Counted from the first letter of the stretch, positions 1 to 13,490 are shown. The stretch: DNA of 64,000 nt from Camelus dromedarius (GCF_036321535.1 NC_087437.1:55244001-55308000), one strand, 5' to 3'. Notes: a model not told the origin generated them from the letters alone. Program-made: numbers and translations.

Positions 1-1700
1 CCAATCTAGAGTCATGCATTGCATTTAGGTGTTGTGGCTCTTCATTTTCTTTTAATCAGGAGCAGATCTTCAGCCATCCTTTGTTTTTTCTGTCATTAAT
101 AATTTTGAAAAATACAGGTTCACTGTTTCAAAGATTATCTCCTAATGTGAATTTTTCAGATGTTTCTTCATGATAAAATGCAGATATTCCTTTTTGGCTC
201 ATTTCCTCCATAAATGATATTGTGTCTTTCTCAGGACTTCACATCCAGATGCACACAATGTACGTTTCTCCTTCATTCGTAATGTTAATTTTGATCACTT
301 GGTTAAAGTGGTTTCTCCAGCTTTTTCTTCGTTTCAATTTATAAATAACTTGTGGTGATTACTTCTAGCCTTTGTAAGTTCTTGTTCCTATAAAACTACC
401 TTCCTCTAGCCAGAATCCATTGTTGTTTTTTGCCTAAATTTAATTTTTACTATAATAGTTTCAAATTGTTATTTTCTGATTTCATCATTCCTTCTATATT
501 TACCAGTTGGCATTCATCCATAAAGAAGCATTTCTTCTATTTATTTAACTATCTACCCATCCATCATCCATACGTCCATTTATTTCTATCTATCCATCTA
601 CCTATTTATGGTTATTATGGACTAATGGATTCTTTTTATACTCAACTTATAATCCTCAACAGTCCTGATTAATTTTCACACTCAAATTGTCCTAGATTTT
701 AAAATGGCAGCCTTTTCAAGCAGGCCTCTGTGTATTGGTATATGCCTCCATATTTTCAGATACTTTTTAACTTTCTGGCACAAGATGTTCCATACTTATT
801 TTGTACTTTCTCTGTTCTAATTCTTGATCCAGCCATTCTCCCAAGGAGCACTGGTTTCTTCAGTGAGAATGATATTTAGAATCCAAAATCTGGGCACTAG
901 GTGTGTTCATTGCTATGGGAGTGTCATTGTTTCAAGATCTTCCAGTGGACAGGTCCAGGAAATAGATATGCATAGGAAATCATGATTTTAAACTGGTTCC
1001 TCCAATTCCTTTCCACCCCAACAGAGTTCTTTACCATCCCCTATTCCAGATTTGTATTCCTTCTTCCAGGTAAGAACTTTAGCTCCCCCAACATATCAAT
1101 ATATTTACTTCTTTTTTCAATCCTGTAACACACAAAAAAAATATTTCAATATTGTTATAACACTGTGGAAACAAATCAATTTAAAAAATTCAAGATTTGC
1201 CTTCAGTTCTTTTTTTTTTTCTTTAGATGAAATATAGATGAATATAGACAAAGGACCATATCAAAAGTTACTTGAAAAGTTCTTCTTCTTTTCCACTTAA
1301 TGTGATTATGTTATTCATTTGATAAACACTCACATTCATTTATTTCTGTTTGTACTTGATTTTATTGTTACCTTTCCCATCTTTGTTGTTTTAATTTTAT
1401 GTTTTGACTTTATAGGTGATTAACATGATCTCAAGTGTTAAACATTACCCAAAATGTATACTCATAGAAGTGTCACATTCTCCCTTGTCCCTTGCGTGCC
1501 TTGTAGATAAACAATGTGATTATTTTCTCATTTATCCTTTCAATGTTTCCTTTAGGGAAAAAAAGCATGAAAATGTGCTATTTCTTCTTTCTTATGCAAA
1601 ATATACAAAAAAGTAATATGTATGTTGCTGTATATACTGAAAAAAATAGTATACATGCTACCATTATTTTCTTTTCCATTTTCCTTTTTGTACTTATCAA
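1..1700 (-). mobile_element. Old L1 (L1MC/ME-type) 3' region, degraded
   Basis: Resembles recalled L1MC4/5 3' consensus (ccaatc..cattgcatttag..ttttgaa..gatgtttcttcatgat..ttgatcacttggttaa); right boundary approximate. Confidence 0.6.
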
Positions 1701-2318
1701 TACATTCTAATTATATTCCACATTACCTCATATAGTGACTGTCATTTTTGAATGCTAGGTTAACAGATTAAAATTATGAATTTACTGTTTATTTTCATCA
1801 ACACATTTAATATATCACACTATTTTTTTTTTTAATCTATTCATGCTGATGAGAAACCTGCCAACAGGATAACTGTTGCTATTCGTGGAATTCGGCCTTT
1901 CTCTTAGTCCTTAAGATTCTGCAGATTCATTCAGATGTGCTGTAGTATAGGTTCGTATTTATTAATTCACACTGGTACTTTGAGTACTTTATATTCCAAG
2001 AATTTATTTTATTCTTCAAGTTGGGAAGTTTTTCTGGTAGTTTACTTGATTTTTTTCCATTCTCTTCTTCTGTAACTCCTATTAGTTATATGTTGGCACA
2101 TCTGTTTTTTCTCCATGGTTCTTAACTGTCCTTTGATAGTTCTATTTTTTTAAAATCTCTATACTGTTCTCTCTTTTACTATGTGTATATTGTCATCTAC
2201 CTATCCTTGTATTATTTATGATTTTTAATATCTTTGGTTCATTTTAATTGTGTTATATCTTCATTTCTCTCTGTTTATCCTAACCTATCCTATTTCACAA
2301 AGAGTTAATTCATGTTCT

Positions 2319-3678
2319 TTTTTCCTTTTTTTTTTTGAGTAGAAAGGGACTATTGTTTTCTTAAAGTGCTTAAAGTGTAGTCAATTCACAGTGTTGTGTT
2401 AATTTCTGGTGTACAGCATAGTGATTCAGTTATTCTCTTTCATATTCTCTTTCATTATAGATTATTACAAAGTATTGAATATAGTTCCTTGTCCTATACA
2501 GTAGGATCTTGTTTTTTATCTATTTTATATGTAGTAGTTAGTATCTGCAAATCCTGAACTCCCAATTTATCTCTCCTTGTTCCCTTTACCCCCTGGTAAC
2601 CATAAGTTTGTTTTCTGTGTCTCTGAGTTTGTCTCTGTTTTGTAAATGAGTTCATTTGTGTCTTTTTAAAGAATTCCACATATAAGTGATATCAAATGGT
2701 ATTTTTCTTACTCTTTCTGGCTTACTTCACTTACTATGATAACTTCTAGGTCCATCCATGTTGCTGCAAATGGCATTATTTTATTCTTTTTTACGGCTGA
2801 GTAGTATTTCATTGTATATGTAAGTATATTTATATGTACTACAACTTATTTATCCAGTTATCTATTGATGGAAATTTAGGTTGATTCTAGGTCTTGGCTA
2901 TTGTAAATAGTGCTGCTATGAACACTGGGGTGCATGTATCTTTTGAATTAAGAATTTCCTGTGGATATATGCCCAGGAGTGGGATTACTGGATCATATGG
3001 TAAGTCTATTTTCAGTTTTTAAAGGAATCTACATACTATTTTCCATAATGGCTGCACCAAACTACATTTCTACCAACAGTATAGGAGGGTTCCCTTTTCT
3101 CCATACCCACTCCAGCATTTATTGTTTGTTGATTTTTAATGATGGTCATTCTGACTGGTGTGGGGTGATACTTCATTGTGGTTTTGATTTATATTTCTCT
3201 GATAATTAGCGCTATTGAGTATTTTTTTTCATATGCCTATTGACTATCTGTATGTCTCCACTGGAGAAATGTTTGTTTAGGTCTTTTGCCCAGTTTTGTT
3301 TTGATTTTTTTGTTGTTGTTGTTATTGAGTTGTATGAGGTGTTTGTATATTCCAGAAATTAAGCCCTTGTTAGTTGCATCATTTGCAAATATTTTCTCCC
3401 ATTCTGTAGGTTGTATTTTCATTTTGTTTATGGTTTTCTTTGCTGTGCAAAAGCTTGTAAGTTTAATTAGATTTCATTTGTTTATTTTTGCTTTTATTTC
3501 TATTGCCTTGATAGACTGCCCGAGAATATTGTTACAATTTATATCAGAGAATATTTTGCCTGTGTTCTCTTCTAGGCGGTTTATGGTATCTTATGTTTAA
3601 GTCTTTAAGCCATTTTGAGTTTATTTTTGTGTATGATGTGAGGGAGTACTCTAATTTCATTAATTTACATGTGGCTGT
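2319..3678 (-). mobile_element. Young 5'-truncated L1 (ORF2 C-terminus + 3'UTR + poly-A)
   Basis: Perfect 16-bp TSD agttaattcatgttct at 2303-2318 and 3679-3694; poly-T at left end; minus ORF 3237-3422 ([20 protein letters not shown]) is L1 ORF2p C-terminal sequence. Confidence 0.95.
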
Positions 3679-4020
3679 AGTTAATTCATGTTCTAGTCAT
3701 TGATTTCATTGGTTGTCTTTATTGACTCCAGATTTCATCATCAGTTTTAAAATTGGGAATAATGGGCCCATTTGAGTCAGAAGGATTATTTTTCTCCCTA
3801 GTCAACATTTTTTTTAGTTTTACAAGTATTTGAAATGCCTTCCCTCCAGTGAGTCTAGTTTTTGTCATGCATCTTACATAGAACACTTTTATCACATTAT
3901 TCATTGCTACTTCTGACTTCTAGCTCTGGAGGCCAGCAGGTCTTATGTTTTAACACCCCTGACCTCCCCAGTTTACAGTTCTGCTCTATTCTGAATAATA
4001 TGTTTATTGTCATCAACCTC

Positions 4021-4131
4021 AATTTTCAGTTGAGGATATTAAAATGCTAAGATGAAATGACTTGTCTAAATCCACATGGTTAATGAGTGAAAGTGCTGGG
4101 ACTCAAATCCAGGTTTCCTGGCTTCAAATCC
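4021..4131 (-). mobile_element. MIR SINE fragment
   Basis: Core-like tgacttgtctaaatccacatggttaatgagtgaaagtgctgggactcaaatccagg. Confidence 0.7.
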
Positions 4132-4784
4132 ACATTTTGTTGTATGTTAATTATATCAGAATTGAAATAGAGAAACTGATATGTACCAGGCTCTGAATAC
4201 AGTTGAGCCTGTCTATTGCTAGAGAAAAAAATTCACACCTTACACTTTCCAAGCACTTAGTATGAGTTAGATAGTTGTTGATTGATGTTTATTGATTTGC
4301 ACTGAAATGCAAAGTGTCTCTTTCTTACTAGATGTCTTCTTGGACTTTGTTTTAGTTGGAGAACAGAGAAATTACACTGTCGGCTTCACACCTGAACAGA
4401 TACAAATGTATAGTGGTTCAAATGTAATGTGATGTTCTTGAAGCAAAGCCAACATCTCTTCCAAACAAAGATGATCACAGAAACTTTCTCCAATAATCTT
4501 CTCTAAAGAACGCTGTTGATCTCATAACATTTCTCCTAAAACCATTTTCCTTGTGTTTCTATTAGAATGTCCTACAGATGCATTCTTATTTTCCTCCATA
4601 TCTCCTACTGAATAATGGAAGAAGAGGAAAATGAGATTAACAATGAAAGCTCTTTCCCCTGGCTTACTAAGTTCTGCCTTACTAAGTTCTATAAGCTCTT
4701 TATTGCTGTATAAATTCAGGGTTGTGTTGAAGTACAATAATCTGGTGGTGATGGATATATTGTGCTGCATTAGGTAGTTAGTAA

Positions 4785-4885
4785 CTCCTGGCTCTGAATT
4801 TAGGCATACTTGGGTTTAAATATCTTGGCTGTACCACATACCAGCTATATCTTTTAAATAAGTTTTCAATTTTCTGAATCTATGT
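4785..4885 (+). mobile_element. MIR SINE fragment
   Basis: ggctctgaatttaggcatacttgggtttaaatatcttggctgtaccac resembles the MIR 5' part. Confidence 0.55.
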
Positions 4886-4989
4886 TTTTATTTATTTACT
4901 TTTGTACAATAATAATATGTGATAATATGATAATATTATCTGTTGTTATTATTACCAAAAGTACCAAGTACCATAATTATCATCATCAT

Positions 4990-5115
4990 ACTGTGTTATT
5001 GTTTGTTTACTTATTGGTGTCCCCTACTAGATTGTAAGCGTCTCAAGGCAGAGACCAGGATTTATATTTTTTCACCAGCACACCACATAGTTCAAAAATA
5101 AATGCTGAATAAATG
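4990..5115 (+). mobile_element. L2 3' end fragment
   Basis: ctactagattgtaagc..aggcagagacc..cacatagt..aataaatgctgaataaatga. Confidence 0.7.
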
Positions 5116-6149
5116 ATTTTTTTTCATTTTAAGAATCTCTTTTCATTATTAATTCAATAACAATGTATCCTAATGATAATTTTTAAAAATTTAATGTTTG
5201 ATCTTCAAAATCTTTTTGTTTTTCTTGGTTTTGGTTGACATTCTGTATTTCTACACCACAATACTGCCATATGCAGTTCCTACAGTGAAAAAATAAACCA
5301 GTAGATATTTATTAACCTTCTGGACATAAACTCAGTCCTCTAAGCACATATTTAAAACCTCATCTCGTAGGGAAAAATGTTTAAATATGAATAGCAATTA
5401 TTTTCTGTTACATTCACCTGTCCCTTAACCAAGTACTACTTTTTGTTGGTGCTTAACTTGTTTGTGGATACATTTTCCTACCCCCAAGATTGTAAATCCT
5501 TTGTACCCAACAGATTTTTGTGCTCTCCGTCAATCTCCAAGACCTGATATGGTTGAATACACACTATATATATTAATAGACATCTATTGAATGAATGAAC
5601 AAATGAGAAAAATTATTGCACAATTCCAGCCCCTATTTAGTAAAGGGCTACATTATGTGGTAACAGACAAAGACTGTTAGAACTAGAAAGGATATTTAAA
5701 GTTATCTAGTTCAACTTTGCTCAAGTCTGGACAGGGAAGCAGAAATGCTAACTCTCTGAATGGATGGAATTTCAATGTAAGAAATTAGTCATACCTGTGA
5801 TAGAAGAGCTAAGAAACCAAACAGGGGCTGTTGAGGCAACCCAGAGAACAAGAACCACCCTTAGACTATAAGGACCAAAGGAAAGAGGTGTAGTTTCCAA
5901 ACTTAAGAAGCTGAGACTGTCCATATTAGCTGAAGCCATGGAGGGGAAATAGACATTGCTCGAGACGCCATAGAGAGAATAAAAGAAGGAAAAGAAAAAC
6001 ACTCGCTTGCCTTCATCTTCTCCTTTAACCTTTTCCCATGCATCCTGAGGGCCAAAGCTACCTAAAAGCTAGAGGGCAAGTAGCCCTAGCAGAGAGAGAA
6101 AGGGAAAGGAATGGATGATCCTGGGGGCAAACTGGCAACTGACCAGCAG

Positions 6150-6800
6150 AGGTTCCTAAAGAAAGAGGAGCATGGATTAGGTCTTGAAGGTAAGTTGAAT
6201 TTCAAGACTTGAAAGATCAAGAATGAGGCACTTGTGGAAAACGGGACCTATATGAGCAAAAGCAAAGAGATGTGTGGCATATTTATCAACAGCAGAGGAA
6301 AGCCACTCTGGCTAGATTAGAAAGTGCATGTTGAGATGTATTGGGATTAAACTAGTCAGACCATGGTATGGTGTGCTTTGAAAACCAGACTAAGAGCTTC
6401 AGAATTGTTAAAAAAAAAAAAAAAAAGGAATCATTACAGATATTTGAGTAGAGGAGTGACATGATGGAAATGGTGTTGAAGGAAGAATTTCTGGCAGGGG
6501 TATGCGGGGTAGATCGGAGTAAGAAGAGATTAGAGACAAGGAAGCCACAAATCAAGCCACTGCAATAACTCACATGTGGACCAGCAAGTCTTGGCAAGGG
6601 AATGGCAGTAGGTATAGCGAGGAATAAATAGACTTCAGTGTTTAGCAAACTTTTTAAATTATAGGAGGTGAGGATGAAGAATAAATTAAAAATGATGCCA
6701 ATTTTTCAGCCTAGCTGGAAGAATAATTGTACTTGAGGTGAGCTGGTGAGAGAAGATGATGAGGACTCTTTGGATGAGTTGTATTTGAGCTAATGGAAAG
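6150..6800 (-). mobile_element. L2 internal fragment
   Basis: Purine-rich L2-antisense motifs (tttgagtagaggagtgacatgat; ggaggtgaggatgaagaataaattaaaaatgatgcc). Confidence 0.65.
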
Positions 6801-8449
6801 ATATGAACAGACAAATCTAGGAAAACAAAGAAGACATACTGGTGGTACATGGTTGAAAGAACAGAAGAGGCAATGTGGTTTTGGAGGTCATCAGCTAGCT
6901 AGGAGAATGAACAGGGAAGGAGAGAGCATGGGAGAGGGGCTGTAGTGAGAGTAAAGGACTAGCCGTGGCTAATGTCATAGAGGAGGCAAGAGACAAAAAG
7001 GAGGAGTTAGTCAAGGAAACAGAACGTAATTAAAAAGGCAGGAAGACAGATGGAATTTATGAAGGAGAGTGAAAAGACAAGCCAGGGCAGTTTGGGAAGT
7101 CAGTATTGCACAGGAACAGGAAATATGGTTCAATTAGTGAAGTATACTCACATAATGGGTAATCCAACATTTGAGTTTGAATAAAAGAATGGAAGAAAAG
7201 GCAAAAAGTATGGTCTTAAACTGTTAAATAATAAAGAACATTTGATGAAAATACAGACCAAGAAGACATTTCACTAGATTTACTCCGTATCTTTTAGTAA
7301 CAAAGACTAACTCTCTATTCTCATGTTTTGTTAAAATGTAGTGATGCATTTTTTCCATTAAAAAAAAATCCACCACACACACATACACACACTCAATATA
7401 ACTATCTTCTCTTCCACCGTTTCTTTCCTTCTGAAAACTCTATGTTAAAATGTACATAACTTCCTGGAACATTAATGGGGTTACATTTTTTAGATTTCCT
7501 TGGTTGTAATTCTGTATTGATAAAACTTTCTTTTTGGAGAATTATGTACCTGTCTGCAGAGGTTGGAATTTGCCTGGAAGTCATCTAGGTTCAATTAATT
7601 TTTGTTCTGAGATCAAAAGAGACTTAGTAGGGGGTGAAACTCATTTGTAAAGAGTGGATGAAAAGCTGTCTACAGTCTACTGGCTCAGTGGCAACAGTAG
7701 AATGTAACTCTGTCTCTCCAGGGAGGAGTGCACTAGTGGCGAGTGACAAGAGGGGGACACTCATGGGTGAAAAGAGGGGAAAGGGTGTGTCTCATATGTG
7801 GAAGATGGTCTGGAGGTACATATGTGCACTGGAAAGCCATGCTATTTCACGTGAGAAGACCTGAGTCCTTGCCTGGCCCTGCCAGCCCTGGTGCATGATT
7901 TTGGACAGATCATTAATTAACCTCTCTGGGCCTTACATGGCTTTTGGGAAGATTAACCAAGGGAAGATGAGTATGTGGACCATTTTTTTTTTTTAAATAT
8001 GTACTTCATCCAGGAAGACAAAAACCTAGAAGTCTACTAGGCTTCTCATCAGAAGGTCAGACAACAACTAGTGAATTCTGCTGCCTAACTCCTCCAGGTT
8101 GCAGGCAGGCTTCTGGGCTTTATCTCTACACATCCCTGTTAACGGAGTCCCTACAGCTGATTCCAAGTCCAGGTCAAGACTTGTGACAGCTTATTCTTGA
8201 GCAACAGAGACAAGTACTCTCAGGGGCTCTGTCACTCGCTGCCATTTGGTCGGACTGATTCTGTTTCAAGCTTTATAATTTACCTTGAATTTCTTGAGCT
8301 CAAAGAGATAAATTCCAGTGGTTAGAACTTTTACAAAGGCAGCTGTAGTAGCCATTAACTGTGTGACTGACACGTAAAAAGGCCAGCGTATTAGTCCCAA
8401 GCATAACAGAATATTTGACTGCTTACAACATCCCTGCTGCATTTAAAGA

Positions 8450-8453
<4 letters not shown>

Positions 8454-8480
<27 letters not shown>
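8454..8480. repeat. (CA)n microsatellite, about 13 units
   Basis: Seen directly. Confidence 0.97.
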
Positions 8481-8920
8481 GGAGCAAATGTTTATCTGTA
8501 CTAGTGTCCCATCACACATAGCTGGGGGAAGAGAGGTGAAGTTTGGGTGGGGACAGAGCCTGGGAATAGAAAGACAAGAAAAAGAGAGAAGATAGCCTGG
8601 TTCATTTCTTTATTTTTCCATTGACTGGGTTCGAGTGGCTATAATTAGTGTGGACTGGGGTGGGGGAGGTTGGGTGGAAGCCGGCAGATCTGTTTAAAAA
8701 ATATTTTGTGAGACTCTTGGCATAAGCAGAACCTCTGGGGCCTGAGTGACCAAAGGTGGCACTGAGCTGGGGAGGAGGCGCTGCTCACTGACGCTGCCTG
8801 GAAGCCGGCACAGCCGTGCAGACAGAGGCCTGGAAACTTTGACGGCTCTGGCTGGAATGCTGGGTTCTAACTAGGACTAGAGCAGCAGTGGTGAGGCTTC
8901 TGGAGGATTCGTGGGCCGCA

Positions 8921-8967
8921 ATGGAGAAGCAGCAGAACCCACAGAAGGAGATGGAAGGCCCGGGTAG
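8921..8967 (+). CDS. Candidate first coding exon segment (MEKQQNPQKEMEGPG) of an unidentified gene, possibly an upstream ANKFN1 isoform (unverified)
   Basis: Strong Kozak gccgcaATGG at 8921 in a non-repeat, CpG-enriched patch; tandem donors CGG|gtaggt (after 8963) and TAG|gtgccc (after 8967); only the latter keeps frame with exon 10734. Confidence 0.35.
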
Positions 8968-9309
8968 GTGCCCCGGTCACTGTAGCTGAATGGCTAGTGC
9001 GTGGCTTGTCCAGGGACGTCTGGAACTGCTACGGCAGAGATCATGAGGCAACTTTTCACATCAGTTTTGTCACTGACTTAGACCCTGTTGCCTTTGACAG
9101 GTCATCCTTTCTTTCTGGATCTAAGTTTTGTGGTCTAGGAAATGAGGAGTTTGGATCTGACCTTAAAGAACCTCCTGGGTCTAACAGTATCCATCTCCTA
9201 AGTGTATTGTTCCATTGTCAGTTAATTCAACAACTCCTTTCCAAGTGCTTATGTCAAGTTACTATTGACAAATTCTAGACATGGAATCATAAGCTTGTCG
9301 CTACCTGTG

Positions 9310-9500
9310 ATGCTTGGCAGGTCCAGCTTCAAGTCCTGGTCCTGTCATTCACTGCCTCTGTGACTTGGGGCGAGCTTCTTCACCTCTGCCACCCTCAGCC
9401 TCCTCATCTTTGTCATAAGGATAGTGACACCTCCCGTCAGGTCGTTAGTGACAAACATACAGTGCATCTAGCACATAGTAGGTGGCCAGTAAGTGGTGCC
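9310..9500 (+). mobile_element. MIR SINE
   Basis: ctgtgacttggggcgagcttcttcacctctgccaccctcagcctcctcatct..gcacatagtaggtgg. Confidence 0.75.
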
Positions 9501-10733
9501 CACGGCTAGTGTATTTTTAATTAGATATTCTAACAACAGACACTATCAATCTATGAATAAACATGTAACTTTATAAAGTGTACAAAGATGACTCATAAAA
9601 TGGAGCTTGTCAAGAGGACTTGCTAAATCAAAAAATTTTCTCCTGACGATATATTCTGTCCCCAAAATGAGGAGACATCCTTCTAAAATGCACTGCTCGC
9701 TAGATGTTTTACGATTTAACTTTGCCTCAGAATTCCTCTCAGGTTGTCACGCCTCATGTTTCTCTCAGCAAGGTCTCCTCTGTCCCTCCTCTGACAAGAA
9801 TCTGAATGAAGTCCAGGGGTCTTCTCCGCCTTTGCAATTCATATTTTCCTCAACTGCATTCAAGTAGCATTTGCTTAATTAGGCTACATATAACTGCTTC
9901 CACTCCTGGTCAGCCTCTAAGGAGAGTGACTCCTTAGCGAAGGTTTCTGCCTCTCCCTGTGCGGCTCTCTCAGAACAGCCACCTCTCCTCACGTTTCTCA
10001 GGCCTCTCCCTCCTCCCACCCTCCAGGCAGAACCTGCGACGTGGCCCAGACTGATGGGAGGTTCATAAGGTTGTTGTGTCTCTGTCTTGTTGTGATATCA
10101 TTACCAGATGCCAAGAGAACAGGGTACCTAGTAAATCGACACAGTTGCTGCAAATATGATGATCTCCCCCCTTGTTTCAGGACAGGCTTTACATCCCTGG
10201 AGGAAGGCAACCACATTTTTGTCATTTCTGTTACCTCATAAATAGTAGTTGCTTAATAAAACATGGTAAATAGCGATAAGAGGTAGTCCGTGCACACGCT
10301 TCACTGAGCATAGCTGTGAGCACTTTCTCGTGTGATCCGCACAGCAATTCTGTAAGGACGATGCTGTTTAACAAGTGTGGACACATAGACTGAGTGATTG
10401 TGTCCACAATCACATAAATCATTAAGTGGTGCTGCCTAGACTCAAAAAACGAAAACAAAACACAAATCCCGGAACAGACTCTGTTAGCATGCGGGGCATA
10501 TGTAAATTACGGCCCTGCAGGTGGAGAGGAGTGGAGGATCCAAGATGCCCAGAGGCAAGTCTATCCAGGGGCTGCTCCAGAGTGAGCTCTTCTCACCGAC
10601 CAGAGACATACGACTCCTGTCCCACCGTATCTGGGAGCAAAAGGGAAAGGTGGCTGGTGGTGATGGGGCCATAGTTTGCAGGAATGTTCTGCACATTCTC
10701 TGTATGTGTATGTTTTTTCCTACCGAATTCCAG

Positions 10734-10828
10734 TAACTGGATGCCGCAGCTGAGCCCAGACGAACGTTTGCTTCACTTGCAGGAGATGGTTGATGACCTT
10801 GTCCTGGCTCCTCTACCCCCGCTTCCGG
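10734..10828 (+). CDS. Candidate internal exon, 95 nt (NWMPQLSPDERLLHLQEMVDDLVLAPLPPLP)
   Basis: Acceptor tgttttttcctaccgaattccag|, consensus donor CGG|gtgagt, open frame (phase 2 in, phase 1 out), non-repetitive, protein-like composition. Confidence 0.55.
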
Positions 10829-11379
10829 GTGAGTCCCAACACACAGTTCCCTCCCCAAAATGGCTGGGAATTACCTTCCTCAGCTTCTTCCAGGGTTATC
10901 TGAAAAGTGGATTTCAAATACTGGACCAACAAAAGGCAGCATGTACCCTAAGATGACTACCTTCTGTCCAGCTAAAGAGTGGCACCAGTAGCTTTGTAGC
11001 TGAAAGATTTTCACTGCTCAGGAATAAGTGACTTGATACATATTGAAATATTTCTCCCTTTAGAAAACAAATTGAAAAAATCCATCCACTCTTGGGAATA
11101 AGCATTTATTTCATTTATTTTGACCTTAATAAGAATCATGATATCATGAATCACTGAAGTGATTTTGTTCCTCGGCTGGAGTTGAAGCAAAGGTGGGTTT
11201 AGACGGTGCATTTTCTCCTTTGACTTGGAATTCAGGGTCCATTGGGAGCTATTTCCAAATTATACTTTGAATTCTATCTCCTTCTAACTTTCAAATGGAG
11301 TAAATGGTCCTTCCCAGGTATGCTTTTGTATTCCTACCTTTTAAAAAAAATGCTATTCCATCAGTTTGAAACACTTTTC

Positions 11380-11880
11380 TTCATGTCCATATACACAAAT
11401 CCTACCATTCTTCAGGATCAGCTCTAATCCCACGTTTTCCGTGAAGCCGTCTCATCTCTCTCCAGCTGAAAGAAGGCTCTCTCCTCCTCTGAACAGTCTT
11501 TTCACTCATGCTATTCTCACTCTTCCTTGTGCTGTTGTTATGTCTCTTCTGTTCTCTCTTTCTTTTTTATTTTCTTCTTTTTCTTAAACATCTTTTCCTC
11601 TTACCAAGTAGTAGACTCTTAAGAGAGAGGACGCTATCTGATTCATGTCTTCTTCAACCATCGCTGTGGTATAATTAAATTCTGCTAAAGGAAAACCTTG
11701 TGCTCATAGGAGTCATTGTTATGTGGGAAACACGTATATTCTGCTTTATGTATTTACCTGGAGGGGGCACAATTTTGAAGGATGTACTAATTGTAATTGC
11801 TACATTGCATGGCGTTTATCACTGAGCCTAGCACATAGTACATACTCTAAATATTTGCTGAATGAGTAAGTGCATGGAAA
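11380..11880 (+). mobile_element. L2 fragments
   Basis: cctaccattcttcaggatcagctctaatcccac; cctagcacatagtacatactctaaatatttgctgaatgag. Confidence 0.6.
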
Positions 11881-11901
11881 CAGCAAAGATGTTGGGCTAC
11901 A

Positions 11902-12013
11902 TTTTTTTTTAAATTTTAATTGAAGTATAGTCAGTTTGCAATGTTGTGTCAGTTTCTGGTGCACAGCACAATGCTTCAGTCATACATGAATATACATATA
12001 TTCATCTTCATAT
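11902..12013 (-). mobile_element. Short young L1 3' tail
   Basis: Poly-T then ttgaagtatagtcagtttgcaatgttgtgtcagtttctggtgcacagc, matching the L1 end at 2370. Confidence 0.85.
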
Positions 12014-12144
12014 AAGTTTGATTATTTTTTAAACAAATCTTGGTATCCGACTTACAAGGGATATACAATCTTTTGCTTTGATTAATGACATTTTCACAAT
12101 TGTTTCTTCCATTTTACTTTATGCTTTCCATTTATTATGAAGAG

Positions 12145-12380
12145 CAGTAGAGCAGAGTGTTATATAACCTGGCTCGGAGCTGCAGAATTTTCATACTAGA
12201 TTTGTAACATTAGTTAAGGTACGTAAATTCTCTGTGCCTCAGTTCCTTCAATGATAAAATGAGAGTGACTATAATATTGCTAAATTCATTGACTTGTTGT
12301 AGAGATTAAGGAAATTTATATGTAAAGCATCTAAAACTCTGCCTGGGGAGGAGTCAGTCCTGAATAAATGTTAGCTATTT
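12145..12380 (+). mobile_element. MIR SINE, near full length
   Basis: ctctgtgcctcagttccttcaatgataaaatgaga..gtaaagcatctaaaactctgcctgg..aataaatgttagctatt. Confidence 0.85.
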
Positions 12381-12528
12381 TTGTCATTATGCACTTTTTT
12401 CCCCTCAGGTGTATTTGTTGAGTTAATCAAGATCGCTCCAACCCTCTTTTCTTCTTCTAGTGTTTTGGAAATGGTACATCCAATTTTTATTCTTCGAAGT
12501 TAACTTTGTAATTGTGACACATGCATTT

Positions 12529-12625
12529 ATTATTTATTTTTATGTATTGCTGTATATGGTGTACAGCATAATGTTTCAGTCATACATATGCATTCATGTA
12601 TTTGTTTTCATATTCTTTTTCATTA
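12529..12625 (-). mobile_element. About 97-bp young L1 3' tail
   Basis: 13-bp TSD gacacatgcattt at 12516-12528 and 12626-12638; ggtgtacagcataatgtttcagtcatacat matches the other L1 tails. Confidence 0.85.
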
Positions 12626-12639
12626 GACACATGCATTTT

Positions 12640-12930
12640 TAATGTCAACTTTGTTGAAGTATCATTTACATGCAGTATAATAAACCCATTTATATACGCA
12701 TTCAGTCTTCACCACAATTGACATATAGAGCATTTGCGTCACCCTCAGAATACCTTGTACCACTTTCTACACAGTACGTGTCCCACTCCCCACCCGTCTC
12801 CAGCTCCAGGTAACCACTGACATGCTCTCTGCCACTATGGATTAGATTTGTCTTTTTTAGAGTTAAATAGAATAAAGTCATACAGCTTGCAATCTTTTGT
12901 GACGTATATTTAAATGCATTTGCTATTATT
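12640..12930 (-). mobile_element. Old L1M 3' end
   Basis: ctttgttgaagtatcatttacatgcag..ggtaaccactgacatgctctctgccactatggattagatttgtc. Confidence 0.7.
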
Positions 12931-13490
12931 ACCCAGTTACTCAATACCTCTGTTTGCCCCCAAATGGGACCAGAACCTAAGCAGTGTTTCTCTTCCCTCC
13001 TCTCTCTTTTCCCTCTACCACCTTCTATTTGGAGATTATCTTGGATTTTAGTTATAAATATTTTTAAATTATGTATCAGGAGTTATTTAAACCTAATCTA
13101 GGTTTCTTACTTTATTTACTCAACACTCGTTCTTGTATCTTATATATTATTTAGTGTTTGATTTATTTCCTTCATGCTTCACACAATACTCCCCCACCCC
13201 ACCCCGCCACACCTGACCCATAGGGTAATTATTCTGGTCTTTGCTAAATACATCTTTTTTTCACTCTCTCATTTTATTGATAATTTATATAATAAATGCA
13301 GGACTTTTCCTTTAAGTTATTTTAAAGTCTAGTCTTGTCAATGAGAGCTCAGATGCAGTACTAAAAGAAACCACTTCGACTGGGGCTTTTAACATGCTAA
13401 TTTGCAATTTAGCTAAATCTGGTTCTTCTTTTCTGCCTGCCAGTCATCTTCTTCCAGTGATCAAAATTTCCAACACCAGGCCCTCTAGCA

